A stretch of DNA of 63,082 bases, counting the filler, from Octopus bimaculoides (taxonomy: Eukaryota), in the NCBI RefSeq assembly GCF_001194135.2. It is 5 parts of 5 records of this genome, joined end to end, with 100 filler letters (N's around TTAATTAATTAA, not from the genome) between each part and the next. Parts side by side here need not be neighbours in the genome. Positions count along the whole stretch, not along the records: positions 37,358 to 46,281 come from NC_068993.1; positions 46,382 to 53,017 come from NC_068987.1; 3 more parts are not named here. One strand, 5' to 3'. Each line of letters opens with the position of its first letter. The first letter of the stretch is position 1. The position numbers were made by a program, and so were the translations under genes. The notes under the pieces were generated by a model. It did not search any database and was not told the origin of the DNA. It saw only the letters and a list, made by a program, of their open reading frames with translations. This document shows, piece by piece, positions 38,331-51,480 of this stretch.

Positions 38331-38745
38331 CCTTTGCCTAGTAACAAACTACATGGTTCCAAGTTCAGTCCCTCTGTGTGGCACCTTGGGCAAGTGTCTT
38401 CTACTATAAACTCAGGCCGACAAAAGCTTCGGAGTCGATGTAGTAGACGGAAACTGAAAGAAGCCCATCGTAGATAATATATATATGTGTGTGTGCGTGT
38501 GTGTGTGTATGTGTGTGAGTGTGTGTGTGTGTCTTTGTGTCTGTACTTGTCCCCTCATCATCCCTTGACAACCGATGTTGGTGTGCTTACGTCCACGTAA
38601 CTTAACGGTTCAACGAAAGAGACCGATAGAATATGTTATAGGCTTACAAAGAATAAGTCCTCGTGGTCGATTTCTTCGACTATAAAAACCTTAAAGGCGG
38701 TGCTCCAGTATGGCCGCAGTCAAATGACTGAAACAAGTTAATAAA
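38330..38745 (+). mobile_element. Composite tRNA-SINE: head, internal (TG)n, 3' module
   Basis: actacatggttccaagttcagtcc...gacggaaactgaaagaagccc-(TA/TG)n-cttgtcccc...gactgaaacaag. Related copies at 43225-43592 (+), 53870-54062 (-), 57917-58143 (+). Confidence 0.75.
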
Positions 38746-38753
38746 AGAATACA

Positions 38754-38809
<56 letters not shown>

Positions 38810-40126
38810 CATATATATGCATATACACACACACATATACATATATACATACATGAAACAGTAGCAACCTGTTGAATTATTTAGATCAAATATCTCTTTT
38901 AGCTGAGATGGTTTTGCGATTCTTGTGTTCATATGCATCTCAAATCTATATCTCTAGCTCTATGCATTCGCTCTTCCAACTCATGTCCCTGCATTGTATG
39001 ATACTTTAAAAATATATTCCATTACCTTTCAAACTCAATTATTTTCCTTATTATTTGTATATAAAATCACCTCCATGTTATTTTGTCCCTTCCTCGCGAA
39101 TATGCTTCCAATCCCTATTGATGTTCATAACCTACTCTATATAATATATAATATACACTATATAATATACTGTGTTATTAAGTGAGTAACTGTCTTTAAT
39201 TCAACAGCGGCTGTCAAGGTGAGTATCACTGAAGCACCGAGATATCGTTTGTACAGTCTCAGGGTAAGTGCTTTGTGTATTCTTTACGTGGTATATATGA
39301 TGTCCGTAATTCTAGGTTGTTTAATTCATAATGTTATAAAGAAAGTTATACCTCAGGTAAGCATCTCAAGCATTTATCACTCTCGCTTCTACGACTAGGA
39401 AGAGTGACATTTGGGTTCTGGTGTGTTTCTCCTCAATTACGCGCACCCGCGCGAACACAAAGACCCACACGCCCTTACCTGCAAACACGTGCGCGCGCAC
39501 GCCTGCTCATTGAAATAATGACAGCAGAAGAAAGAGAAATANNNNNNNNNNNNNNNNNNNNNNNNNNNNNNNNNNNNNNNNNNNNNNNNNNNNNNNNNNN
39601 NNNNNNNNNNNNNNNNNNNNNNNNNNNNNNNNNNNNNNNNNNNNNNNNNNNNNNNNNNNNNNNNNNNNNNNNNNNNNNNNNNNNNNNNNNNNNNNNNNNN
39701 NNNNNNNNNNNNNNNNNNNNNNNNNNNNNNNNNNNNNNNNNNNNNNNNNNNNNNNNNNNNNNNNNNNNNNNNNNNNNNNNNNNNNNNNNNNNNNNNNNNN
39801 NNNNNNNNNNNNNNNNNNNNNNNNNNNNNNNNNNNNNNNNNNNNNNNNNNNNNNNNNNNNNNNNNNNNNNNNNNTATATATATATATATATATATATGTA
39901 AACGCACACCACACACAAACATGTACATACTCATATAGAAAGTATAGAAGATAGTATAGAAGATATGTCTGCATGTGTATGTATGTATGTATGTATGTAT
40001 GTATCTATCTATCTATGTATCTATCTATCTCTTTCAATCTGTGTGAGCACGTGTGATAGTACGAACACATACTTGAATACTTGTATGTCTAATTGTACGC
40101 TTGTGTATATACCTAGTGGTAGTTTG

Positions 40127-40175
<49 letters not shown>

Positions 40176-40639
40176 TGTGTGTGCGTGTGTGACTGTGCAC
40201 GTATACCTGTGTGTGAGTGTGTGAGTGTTTTAAATGTAAACAAACAACAGTATGGTTTCTTGAAGCAGAAACTATAAAAAAAAAAGTTGCATAATTTATC
40301 AAATTTGCTACTTGCGAAAGCGGTAATTCCGCAGGTTTTATGGTGACCTTTAAATATCTTTGATGTCTTCTTATTGAACCGTTCTCATACTTAAATATTA
40401 ATCTGATAAATCAACTGTTGTTGTACACAAACAAAAACCAAAGCAAGACAACATCTACAAAAACAGTAATAGACGTAACTACTTTATCAGTATTATCAAC
40501 GTTATCGTCGATAACGCAGCCGACAACAAGATACAACACAAACAGTCTCTCACCCATCTCTGCATATACGACATGAACGTTTACAATCTGATTATCAACA
40601 TTATCAATAACAAACAAGAATGTTAACAGCTTCATCAAG

Positions 40640-40641
40640 AA

Positions 40642-40692
<51 letters not shown>

Positions 40693-40696
40693 GATT

Positions 40697-40739
<43 letters not shown>

Positions 40740-40742
40740 ACG

Positions 40743-40776
<34 letters not shown>

Positions 40777-40840
40777 AATCATCATCATCATCATCATCAT
40801 CATAATCATCATCATCATCATCATCATCAACGTCATCATC

Positions 40841-40872
<32 letters not shown>

Positions 40873-41670
40873 CATCATCNNNNNNNNNNNNNNNNNNNNN
40901 NNNNNNNNNNNNNNNNNNNNNNNNNNNNNNNNNNNNNNNNNNNNNNNNNNNNNNNNNNNNNNNNNNNNNNNNNNNNNNNNNNNNNNNNNNNNNNNNNNNN
41001 NNNACCACATCGTTTCAACTTATTGCTTTCTTTGATTTTTTTTTTTAAATCAGGTTTTAATAATTCTGTCATCATAGTCATCATCATCGTTATCACCCCT
41101 CCATCATTATCATAGTCACCCTCATCACCATCATTATCATCGTCGTCGTTGTTGTCATCATAGTCGTCGTCGTCGTCGCAATCATCATCACCATCATCAT
41201 CATCGTCATCATCGTTATCATCATCATCATCATCATCAACGTCATCATCATCGCCGTCGTTGCCGTCGTTGCCGTCGTCGTCGTCGTCGTTGTCATCTTC
41301 GACATGGTCGTTGTCATTATCATCGTGGTCATCGTCGTTATCATCATCATCATCATTACCATCGTCGTCGTCGTCGTCGTCGTCATCACCATCATCATCA
41401 GCGTCATCATCAGCATCATCACCATCATCATCAGCATTATCCTCCTCATCGTCGTCATTATCATCATCATCGTCATCATCATCGTCATCATCATTATCGC
41501 CATCATCAGCAACATCATGATTATCATGACCATCGTCATCATCATTCTCATCATCATCGTCGTCGTCATCATCATCGTCGTCATTATCATCTCCACAACC
41601 TCTTCAACCACAGCATCATCACCACCACCACCACCACCACCACCACTACCACCACCACCATCACCACCAC

Positions 41671-41705
<35 letters not shown>

Positions 41706-41960
41706 GCTTCGTTGTCGTCAGCGCCATCGTATTCGTCGTCATCATCACAATCATCATCAATCATCAACGTTAACAACAACAACAACAACAACAACAACCG
41801 CATTAACAGCTACAACAACAAAAACATAATCATCAACAAAAACCACAACAGCAGCAGCAGCATTAATAATGACGTCTATTACAACGAGCACCTGCAATGT
41901 CAACATCGTAAGAACACCATAACAACATCAACAACTGAGACAGTCACAAGAACAGCATAA
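40640..41960. repeat. Very long degenerate (ATC)n/(GTC)n/(ACC)n/(AAC)n trinucleotide array
   Basis: Directly visible; produces spurious poly-M/D/I ORFs. Confidence 0.95.
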
Positions 41961-42344
41961 CAACAACAACAATGACAATATTAAAGACATAACAACCATT
42001 CGTAATACTAATAATAACAACGACAACAATAGAGACAATAACAAGAACATCAACATCGCAACAACAACAAAAAGCAACAATATTAAGGTGACTGTTTCTA
42101 ATGATGTCCTGTTTATCGCCTTTAGATTGAATAACGGTGTGTTTAGGACAAGAAAAAGGCCGCGCGTCAAGGTCATATCTGGAAAAAGTTTCATAAAAGG
42201 TCTACTCGATGGAGACAGATTGGGACAACATTAACATAGTAGCAACAATAACAACAACAGCAACATAATGAATGCCAGCAACGTTAAGAATATCAACAAG
42301 AAGTCTTTCTATTATAGGCGCAAGGCCCGAAGCTTTGGGGGGAA

Positions 42345-42655
42345 GTGGCTAGTCGATCACACCTACCCCAGTACGTAGCTGGTACTTATTTCATCGTTCC
42401 CGAAAAGATGAAGGACAAAGTCGACCTCGGTGGAATTTGAACTTAGAACGTAAGGACGGACGAAATACCGCTAAGTATTTTGTCCGGCGTGCTGACAGTT
42501 CTGCTAGTTCGCTGCCCTTTTTATTAAAGATCGATCCCGAAAGGATGAAAAGCAAAGACGGCCTCAGCGGAATTTTGGATTCAGGACATACAGACGGATG
42601 AAATGCCGCTAAGCACTTTGCCTGGCGTGCTAACGATTCCACCGGCTTGCTACCT
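42345..42655 (-). mobile_element. Tandem pair of tRNA-derived SINEs
   Basis: Two reverse-complement copies of the 26919 SINE head (gtcgacctcggtggaatttgaactt...; ggcctcagcggaattttggattcag...). Confidence 0.7.
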
Positions 42656-44589
42656 TTCAATATCAATAAAAATACGAACTAGATTATCAAAAACAACAAA
42701 AATAACAACACCAAGAAATTAAATAAAAAAACCCAGCAATAACTAGACTGTTAGTGACACCGTTACCACCACAGCAACAAGAACAACTATGAATATAACT
42801 TTACCAACAACCGGAAGCGTTATTTCCGATAGTAAAATATTCCTGTTTTTACTTGTTGGGTCTAAAGAAAATGGATGTGGCCCCAGCATATTCATTGATT
42901 AATATGTTTGTGCTTTATTACGTTGTTAAACAGGAAGGATGAGGAGGAGATGGCTAGGCGTGGCTGGAAAAAAAATGTCAATAACCATCGGCATTTCACG
43001 CCCACCTTAACTGAAAATTACGTAAAAGTTCATTATAACGCATACAGTGATTCTTTCATTCAGTCGTTTGATCGTGTCAACATTAGTTGTATATTGTTGC
43101 AGTTTGCTGGCTATTGATACTAAAGGAGTGTAGTGGATCGTGTCTACTTACTGGAGATATCTGGAAGATAAAATCATGAGCAGACATTTAAAAAAATGAG
43201 GTAATAGAACTCTAACAGAATCAAAGTAGAATATAAGGTAATTAGGTGTATGCAGCCCCACTGCATGGCCCTTTGGGTAGGTGTCTTCTATAATAGTCTC
43301 GGAGTGAATTTTGTAAGCGGAAACTGAAAGCACGTCGTGAATATATACGTATATATGTGTGTGTGTGTGTGTGTCTGTTTGTGTGTGTATTTATGTCAGT
43401 CTACTTCCACCACTCAACAGCAGGTGTTGGTATGTTTACGTCCCCGTATGAGAGCAGTTCGACATAAGTGATCGATAGAATAAGTATCAGGTTTAAAAAA
43501 TGCATAGGTACCGGGATTTATTCTTTTGACTAAAATTCTTTGACGCGTTTACTCAGCATGGATGTAGTCTAATGACTGAAACATGTAAAAGAATAATTAG
43601 ATGTATGCTGGAACGAAGAAACAAGTTATCTTCATTACGAGCCCAGGAAAGGCAATCCTAAATGTGCACAAGTTAGGGCTTCATATATCCCGGTTTGGTC
43701 GCGTCGGTCACATGGGTTACGTGGGTCGCGTGGAGTGCATAGGTCCTCTGGTCTCCTGGATCTCCTGGGTCTCCTGGGTTTCCTGGATTTTCTGGGTCTT
43801 TTAGGTAAGGGTATCTGACTTGGAAAGACCTACTGACTTCAGGAATACCACTGCTGATGTGTCCTGGCGAATCCATACGTAATGTAAAGAAAAAAGGTTA
43901 ATACTGCAAAAAAGAAATAAATGTTATTGCTAATACTCTTATGTAGATTCCCCTAGAAGATTATACTGGAAACTAATATTAAACTGTTGATATGCAGTGT
44001 ATGTTGCCACTGGATTTTATTCATGATGATGCATTCAACCTAATTATTAATAAATATAGATCCACTTCATGGGCATATGCAGTAAAATTAGTTCAATAAA
44101 ACACACGATGTTTATTTTCATATAATCCTGAGATTGATTGTTTCAATAGCAAAGTTAATGGTGATAGATAGACTTGCTTATAATCTATGATGACTTATAT
44201 ATTCCCTTTTAAGCTACTTAGAGTTACGCGTTTAAGCATAAGCTGTGTTGATACTGATGAACATGGTGGTTTTATGAAAGAATTAGGCATTGATATTGCT
44301 AATGTTTAGGGGATACGTATAAATACCGTATATTTTCATTATACAGCTCGCGCGCGCACACACGCATCTATAAATGTACGTATTTATATGCGTATGCATA
44401 TAAACATACATATGTATGTATGTCATTATTCAGTTTTATTTCAAGATTTCTGGCCAATAGAAAAAGAGTCGGTTTCTAATCTAGATCCAAGGCTACTCCA
44501 TTGGATTTTCGACATCAACAACAAGGTATTTTTGTATGTATGCATGTATGTATATATGTATGTATGTGTTTTTGTATGTATGTTGCTTT

Positions 44590-44968
44590 TCGTGTGTGTG
44601 GTTCGTGGAAAGAGGTGTTTGAGTCGTGCAGGCCTGGTGAGCCATCAAAAATCTCATCTCAGAGAAATCGATCCTTTATGAACAGTGATGTGGTCTTTAA
44701 AATTTACAACAGAACATGTGTAAAATGTGGAAGGGTGTGCCTCTCGGTTGGAGGTCTAAAAAGATATGTTAAGAGAGTGCATATGGTGGCATCTGTTTCT
44801 CCTGCCAGCCAGAACAATTGTGCAGTATATAATAAAAGGTGTAAAAGCTTGACTGGTCTTAAAAGTCATATAAGGCCATCACATGGCAACAATAAGGAAT
44901 CATTTCAGTTAGTCTTCTTGGCAATGGCTTTTTCTCGTGTATCGAGGGTGCAGCTATTATTATTATTA
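44590..44968 (+). pseudogene. 3' end of an RTE-type LINE with three C2H2-like zinc-finger remnants and a (TTA)n tail
   Basis: C..RGKRCLSRAGLVSHQKSH; CVKCGRVCLSVGGLKRYVKRVH; C.VYNKRCKSLTGLKSHIR. One frameshift. Confidence 0.55.
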
Positions 44969-45169
44969 TATGTATGTATGTATGTAGTTGGATGGATGTA
45001 AACTCGTTCACATAGCATCAATACTGCAACATCATGAGCAAGAAGCTTCTCGCCGCAAAAGAATTATCCACCCATGTGGTGTCTAACCAGATGCAACCGG
45101 TACACGAAATTTACGTTCGTTTCTTTGAGGCGCAATACACTTATTGTTCCAGCGACCTGTTGATCGGCC

Positions 45170-45720
45170 ACATTCCAGAAATATTCCATATCGTCAATAA
45201 AGATGACTGGGACCGAAAAGTGGAATTTCATGATTGTTACTTGGCAAGATGTGTAGACTATGTACACTGCCTAACAAAGATTATTTGTAGGGATGAGACT
45301 ACATAGAAATGAAATAGCTCAATTAGCCGCTACAGTCGCACCCACTGGGCATCTGAGAGTCCGCATATTACAGAGAGACATCGTATTGGTTTCCCATGAG
45401 ATACTGTACGGCGCGGTTTATCATAAAATAAAGTTGGACCATTCTTTTTTGACGGCAGTGTGACTGGCTCAATTTACTTGAAATTGCTATAACAACTATT
45501 TATGTCAAATATTTAACGGAATTAGAAAATGCTGAATTTTATTTCCAGTATTTTCGGAGCATTAGCTCTGCCAAAGTAATGAAAGTGCCTACTTTAATGA
45601 GATATTACCAAACAGGTGGAGTGGAGAGACAGGTTCAGTAGAATACATTTTGCGTTCAGCGGACCTCACACCATCAAACTTGTTATGAGGATACTTGAAA
45701 GATAAGATATGCTAGCGGCA
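45170..45720 (+). mobile_element. Decayed Tc1/mariner-superfamily transposase
   Basis: DDWDRKVEFHDC...KIICRDE; GPFFF.G.VTG..YL.LL; SADLTPSNLL*GYLKDKI (WPPRSPDLTPxDFFLWGYLK-like). Confidence 0.55.
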
Positions 45721-45934
45721 GAAGCAATATTAATACCAAGGGGTAATATTTATATGCATTGAAACGTGGATGTTCTGTTAGAACAAACTCCAACACAGTA
45801 GACACAATGGGAGAAATTCTCATATTGGCTTTTGGTGCAAAATGTACGCTTGTTTATATCGCTAGCCGGGAGATAACTCCCCTCTATCTCCAGCGCCAAG
45901 ACCAGCGACACTATTTACAGTACAAAAAGGCTGT

Positions 45935-46281
45935 GAGCTGGCAGAATCGTCAGCACGCCGGGCGAAATACTTCGCGGTATTTCGTTTGTCTTTACGTTCT
46001 AAGTTCAGATTCCGCCGAGGTCGACTTTACCTTTCATCCTTTCGGGGTTCGATAAATTTTGTATTAGTTACACACTGGGGTCGATATAACCGACTTAATC
46101 CGTTTGTCTGTCCTTGTTTGTCCCCTCTATGTTTAGCCCTTTGTGGGCAATAAAGAAATAAGAAACTTTAGGCCGCCGGGCGAAATGCTTAGCGGTATTT
46201 CGTCTGTCTTTACGTTCTGAGTTCAAATTCCGCTGAGGTCGACTTTGCCTTCCATCCTTTCGGGGTCAATAAATTAAGTAC
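45935..46281 (+). mobile_element. Tandem pair of tRNA-derived SINEs
   Basis: Two consecutive copies of the 26919 family; the second is cut by a gap. Another copy at 59272-59480. Confidence 0.8.
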
Positions 46282-47667
46282 NNNNNNNNNNNNNNNNNNN
46301 NNNNNNNNNNNNNNNNNNNNNNNNNTTAATTAATTAANNNNNNNNNNNNNNNNNNNNNNNNNNNNNNNNNNNNNNNNNNNNCACATTAAGAATATTAACC
46401 ATGGTGACCTGACAATCATATTTGAGTGAGGCTCATCTGAATGCGACCAGAATATGCTTTATTGGTAAATTCCCTTTACTGTCCTGAGTCTGTCATTTCA
46501 CTTTTGTCAGACCGCCTACAGTTTCACCCAGGAATAACATCAGAAAAGAAAGAAAACCAATCTTCCTGTTTTTATCGTTTTTTTTTTGTTTTTTTTTTTC
46601 CAAATTGTGTTGCAAGGTATCTTGCGTCACAGAACTAAATTTCTGCACAAACATGATTTCCTAGCACTGTGTAACAAAATAAATCTTTTTTGTTATTTTA
46701 TCTTTGGTCTGTAAGTGTTATTTCCTACTTGCTTCTATCTAGAAATCAAAAGAAATGACTACTGTTCTCTTCAGTAAACTTTTCTAAACTGGACATCAAT
46801 GTTTTGAAACTGACCTATTTCCCATCACATTTCAGACAGATTCAGTGCTGAGTTACTAATGCAGAAATATCGTTATAGCAAATATTCTGCTCAATACCTC
46901 AGATTTGTTTGTCAGTTTCTTGACTTTAACCACTTCAGAATGCCCCTTATTGGCTGACAATATGCGCATGTCTGATCATGAGAAGCAGTATTGGGGGAGC
47001 ATCATAGCCATATGTTGAGAGGGATTCTTCGGGGTTTGAATAAATGTAACAAAAGCAAAATTTGAAGGAATATTAACCATTTTTCATACTTTCTAGGGAT
47101 AAGCAAATAGGAATTAACAGTTGATACGCAACGACAAAAATCGTGTTACACAATGCTATTTAACACTCGATTTTTCTTTGCTTCTTTGCTATTAAAAAGA
47201 TTCTCTTAACTTGATATCTATTCTGCTCTTATTATTTCGATTGGATATTTATTTGATCTGCGACTGATTCGTCTCTCGCATTGCATTGCTAATCCTACAA
47301 TCGTTACCTTTGTTTATTGCTGTTAGTAAGTTATCTCATTTCTTATTATATATCTTTAAGGAAGCAATTTCCTTCCTCTCAATACTTTTAGTTGTTGCCT
47401 CACAATAACAGTTAACGTCGCCATGAGCTATGATCAAAAAGGAAGTACATATATTTTTTGATATATTTTATATTTTATCTGGTGAAAAATGAAGAGCATT
47501 GTTACTTATATTTCATGAATGAATCAATCACATTCTCACTGTATTAATGATAGCATGACGAGGAATCTATTATGCAACACAGGTGGGACAAACACCACTG
47601 ATTCTGTGAGAAAGCACCATGATACCCCTACACAAACAGGTGAATTCTAAACACACACACACACACC

Positions 47668-47757
<90 letters not shown>

Positions 47758-49528
47758 CCAGTATATACAGAATTAGTAATGATTAGGAAGCTTCTTCATT
47801 ATACTGTCGTCTGCAAGTATATAAGATTCTCTGTATGTGTTTTAAAATTAATAAGTTTGATTTTTCACATGACAAATAATGTGCACAAGCATAGAAACTG
47901 TTTTTAAAATAAGGCTTACGATATGCATGCATACATACAAACATACAAATGCATGCATAATGCATAGATATACACGTATACAAATATACATACATGTCAA
48001 TAGGAGGTAAGGGTTCGCCCTCCTGCTCGCAATATATCGGGTGCAGGTATGCATCGTTAACCAGTTAGAGTAGATGTCCTCTCGGGGTTAAAAAAAATCG
48101 CAGTAAAATCCGTCCGAATGGAACAGCCATGTTGAAGTGGCTGCGAACATTACTTGCTAATACAACTACTGCTTTCATTTCTTAGATTTTAGAACTAGCT
48201 TTTTTACTTGTAAAATCAGCGACTGTGTGTCGTGTGAATTCATATATATTGCGAGCAGTCCCGTCGCTAGAAGCTGGTAGGGGTTACCTTCCCTAATCGC
48301 AATATATCGGATGCAGGTATGCATCGTTAACCAGCTGGGGATTAAAAAATTACAATTGCAGTAAAGTCCATTCGAACGGAACAGCTAAGTTGAAGTGTCT
48401 ACGAACATTACTTGCTAGTATAGCTACTGCGTTCATCCCTCAGGGAGATTTTAGAACTAACAATTTTGCTTATATATATATATATATATATATACAATGT
48501 TTATACACACACTTACGTGATATATACATTCGTAGAAATTATCATCCGCACGTGACAGAAATATCACCGGCAGCTAACGAATCCGTTGCACATGTCTGTA
48601 CCTCATAGCATGCCACAACCTGGTTGAAAATAGGTAGTGGAACATTTATATAAGTGTAATATGGAATTGTGGCCTATTGGCCTTCAATGCTCAATACCGT
48701 TTCATTCTAATCCATAGGGAAAAAAATTGCTGCATTAAATTTGCACCCTATCCTTGGGGATAACTGTCTATCATCTGCTTGCTCAACCATATATAAATAC
48801 GTGATAAGAACCGGCCAAATGGAAATGCAAGATAATAAAACATGATGTAATAGCGTGTGATATATTATCACATAATGTTCTATGATATAAATATATATAT
48901 TTGTACATGTATATTGAAACATAGATGTATACACATGTATAATGGTGCGTGTATGTATATGGATATGTGTGTGTCTGTGTATGCGTGCGTGTGTGTGTGA
49001 GTGAAGAAAGAGGGAGAAGGAGAGAGAGAAAGAATTATATTCCATTACATAGAATATATGCCTGGATATTTGGATATATTAAATTCTGTACGCTGACGCA
49101 TGTGTTTGTGTATGTCTAGATGCGTGTGTATGTAAACATTCGTATACAGACTACGTTAATTTCGAATATAAAAATGTCTCAGCTTTAAATTTCATTAAGT
49201 AAGGTACAAGCTCACGTCAAGTCTAAAACAAAACTATTCTGGGTGTCGATGTTGAATTATCACTTAATACGACAGTTTCATTTTCGTTACGCGTCGAGCA
49301 GTATTTAGAAAGCTAACACCATGTAACCCCATTTTCTACATGCCACTAACTCAATAATAGGTATGAAATCATACATTTATTTCTTGGTAATGCACTTCTA
49401 CACGCTTTCAAGTAGAATGGCACGCGGTCACTTGCACGGACAAATACATACACAAGCCACGCATGCACAAACACACGTACAAATATGCCCAGATACACAT
49501 TCACTTCAGGCACACACACTCATGGATA

Positions 49529-50418
49529 CGAGGTGGTATCAATAGATTCACAGACAAGTCATATTTAATAAAAAAAAAAGAGACTTATTTACTTAAGTTT
49601 TAACATAGTATTCTTCGAAATAGTCACTTTGGATAGCAATGCACTGGTCCTAGCGTTTCTGCCATGCTGGGAATCCGGCGTGGAAGTCGTTTTCCGTAAT
49701 CAAATCGAGGTCCTTCTGAGATTCGCCTTAGATTTCGACAACGGTGTTAAAACGGTGACCTTTGAGCTGCCTTTCCATATTCGGAAAGAGATAGTAGTCC
49801 GCAGGTGCCAAATCTGGCATATAAGGCGAGTGCAGAAGCGAAAACATGTCTTTTGCGAGAAACTCACGAATGAGGAGAGCTCGGTGACAGGGTGCTCCGT
49901 AGATCTGGTCGTTTTCACTGAATGTCCTCCTTCAAAAGCTTCAAAACGTCGCAGTAGAACTCTCGATTGATGATTTGGCCCTGGGGGACGAATTCCCGAT
50001 GCACACTACCACATATCCGGAGGTGACCTACGTGGCAGGTCTTCTAGATTGCTTATTGTCTTCCAAGTACGTTCTTCTGCTTTTGAAGTGACCGTGTCAC
50101 TCGAAACATTGCATACGATCCATCGTTTCGTCGCCGTAAGCTTGCTGAAGAATGCTCAATGTGTCTGAAGCAGACTTCTCAAGTTTAACGTAAACTCTTG
50201 CAAAGGATCTATGTCCCTGTCCATGACAAAATCGCAGACTACAACATGCACGTGATCCCCAAAACACAAATTTCACAACTTGCGAAGTAAACACAGCGAT
50301 GTTACTCGGTACACTGCAACATGAAGGTAACTGCCACTTCATACCGCACATACAATCGTGTGCTACCAATTGTTAAAGTGCTACAAAACTAGTCTGAGAA
50401 CATTTTGATACTGCCTCG
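49529..50418 (-). mobile_element. Mariner element, internally deleted, with TIRs and TA TSD
   Basis: TA|CGAGGTGGTATCAA...TTGATACTGCCTCG|TA. Encodes YVKLEKSASDTLSILQQAYGDETM..MQCFEW and PYMPDLAPADYYLFP.M..QLKGHRF. Confidence 0.85.
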
Positions 50419-50519
50419 TATTTGACGTAAGCTCTACAAAGTTAATAATTTGTGCGGGATGAAGTTATGAAAATGAAATTGTACAGGGTATTGATGAATA
50501 AAATTACTTTAAAATAATC

Positions 50520-51480
50520 AAAATGTGTTACCTGGATTATGACCTCAGCTTCCACCACAGCCTGAAAACAGCTCCAGAACCCTGTGCATGCTTACCTCAC
50601 TGATTACCTGAGATCTTCGAACATCGCCTTGAGCTTGCCACCAGCTCGGCTTTGGTGCAGCAGATAAACCGGTTGGTGTTACTTACATAGTAATCCTATG
50701 GATTACAATAAGGGACAGGATAAGGAAACCAGAAATGTGGGTTGGTGAGGTCGTAGAAATTCTCTCAAAACCACTTCTGACTTTTTTCCGGATATATTGC
50801 AAGGAGCCGAAACTGACGTCTAAATAACGCAAAACTGAAAATAACACTGACATCTTATTTTAACAGATATTTTTACCAAAATTACATTAAAATATTTTGA
50901 AATGCTACAGAGTAAGTTTATGTAATAAATTGACCATTGACTTCAACCACGGCCTCCAGACGACCTCAGAATCTCCAGCAAATCTTCTAGACGGTCTCCT
51001 TGTTTAAGTTGGTGAATGCTGCCATAATCCTTGGCTTCTGTTCATCTTTGGTGTTACAAGGAATTTTCTTGATCTCTCGCTCAACTGCGCCCTACACATA
51101 ATAACCAAGAGGGCTGCAGTTTGGGGAGTTAGATGGTCAGATATTAGGGGTGATATGATCTCAGAAATTGTCTAACAGCCATGACTATGTTCTACTGCTT
51201 GTGTGGCATGGTGCCAGACATAGGGTTTTCCAGCAGCCAACTTCTTGACTCAGGGCAGCACTACCTCCTCCAGGCACTTGATGTAGACTTCCGTGTTGAG
51301 TCTGAGGTCGTGTGAAAAGATGAATGGAAGCATAACTTAGTCATCACTAGTGATCACTCCAAACACCATGATGTCGACCGGATGATTCATTTTTATCACT
51401 CTCGGTACATGTCCTCACATTGCTCTGTCCTCACATTGACACCCAAAACACTCTGAAATGTTTGTATTGGAGCTTCTGGC
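50520..51480 (-). mobile_element. maT/DD37D-like Tc1/mariner relics (same family as 22207)
   Basis: MVFGVITSD..VMLPFIFSHDLRLNTEVYIKCLEEVVLP; HITPNI*PSNSPNCSPLGYYV; CTKAELVA. Confidence 0.65.

Noticed and set aside
44501-45001. C2H2 zinc-finger host gene
   Set aside because: Frameshifted, begins in a microsatellite and ends in a (TTA)n tail; fits a LINE 3' end.
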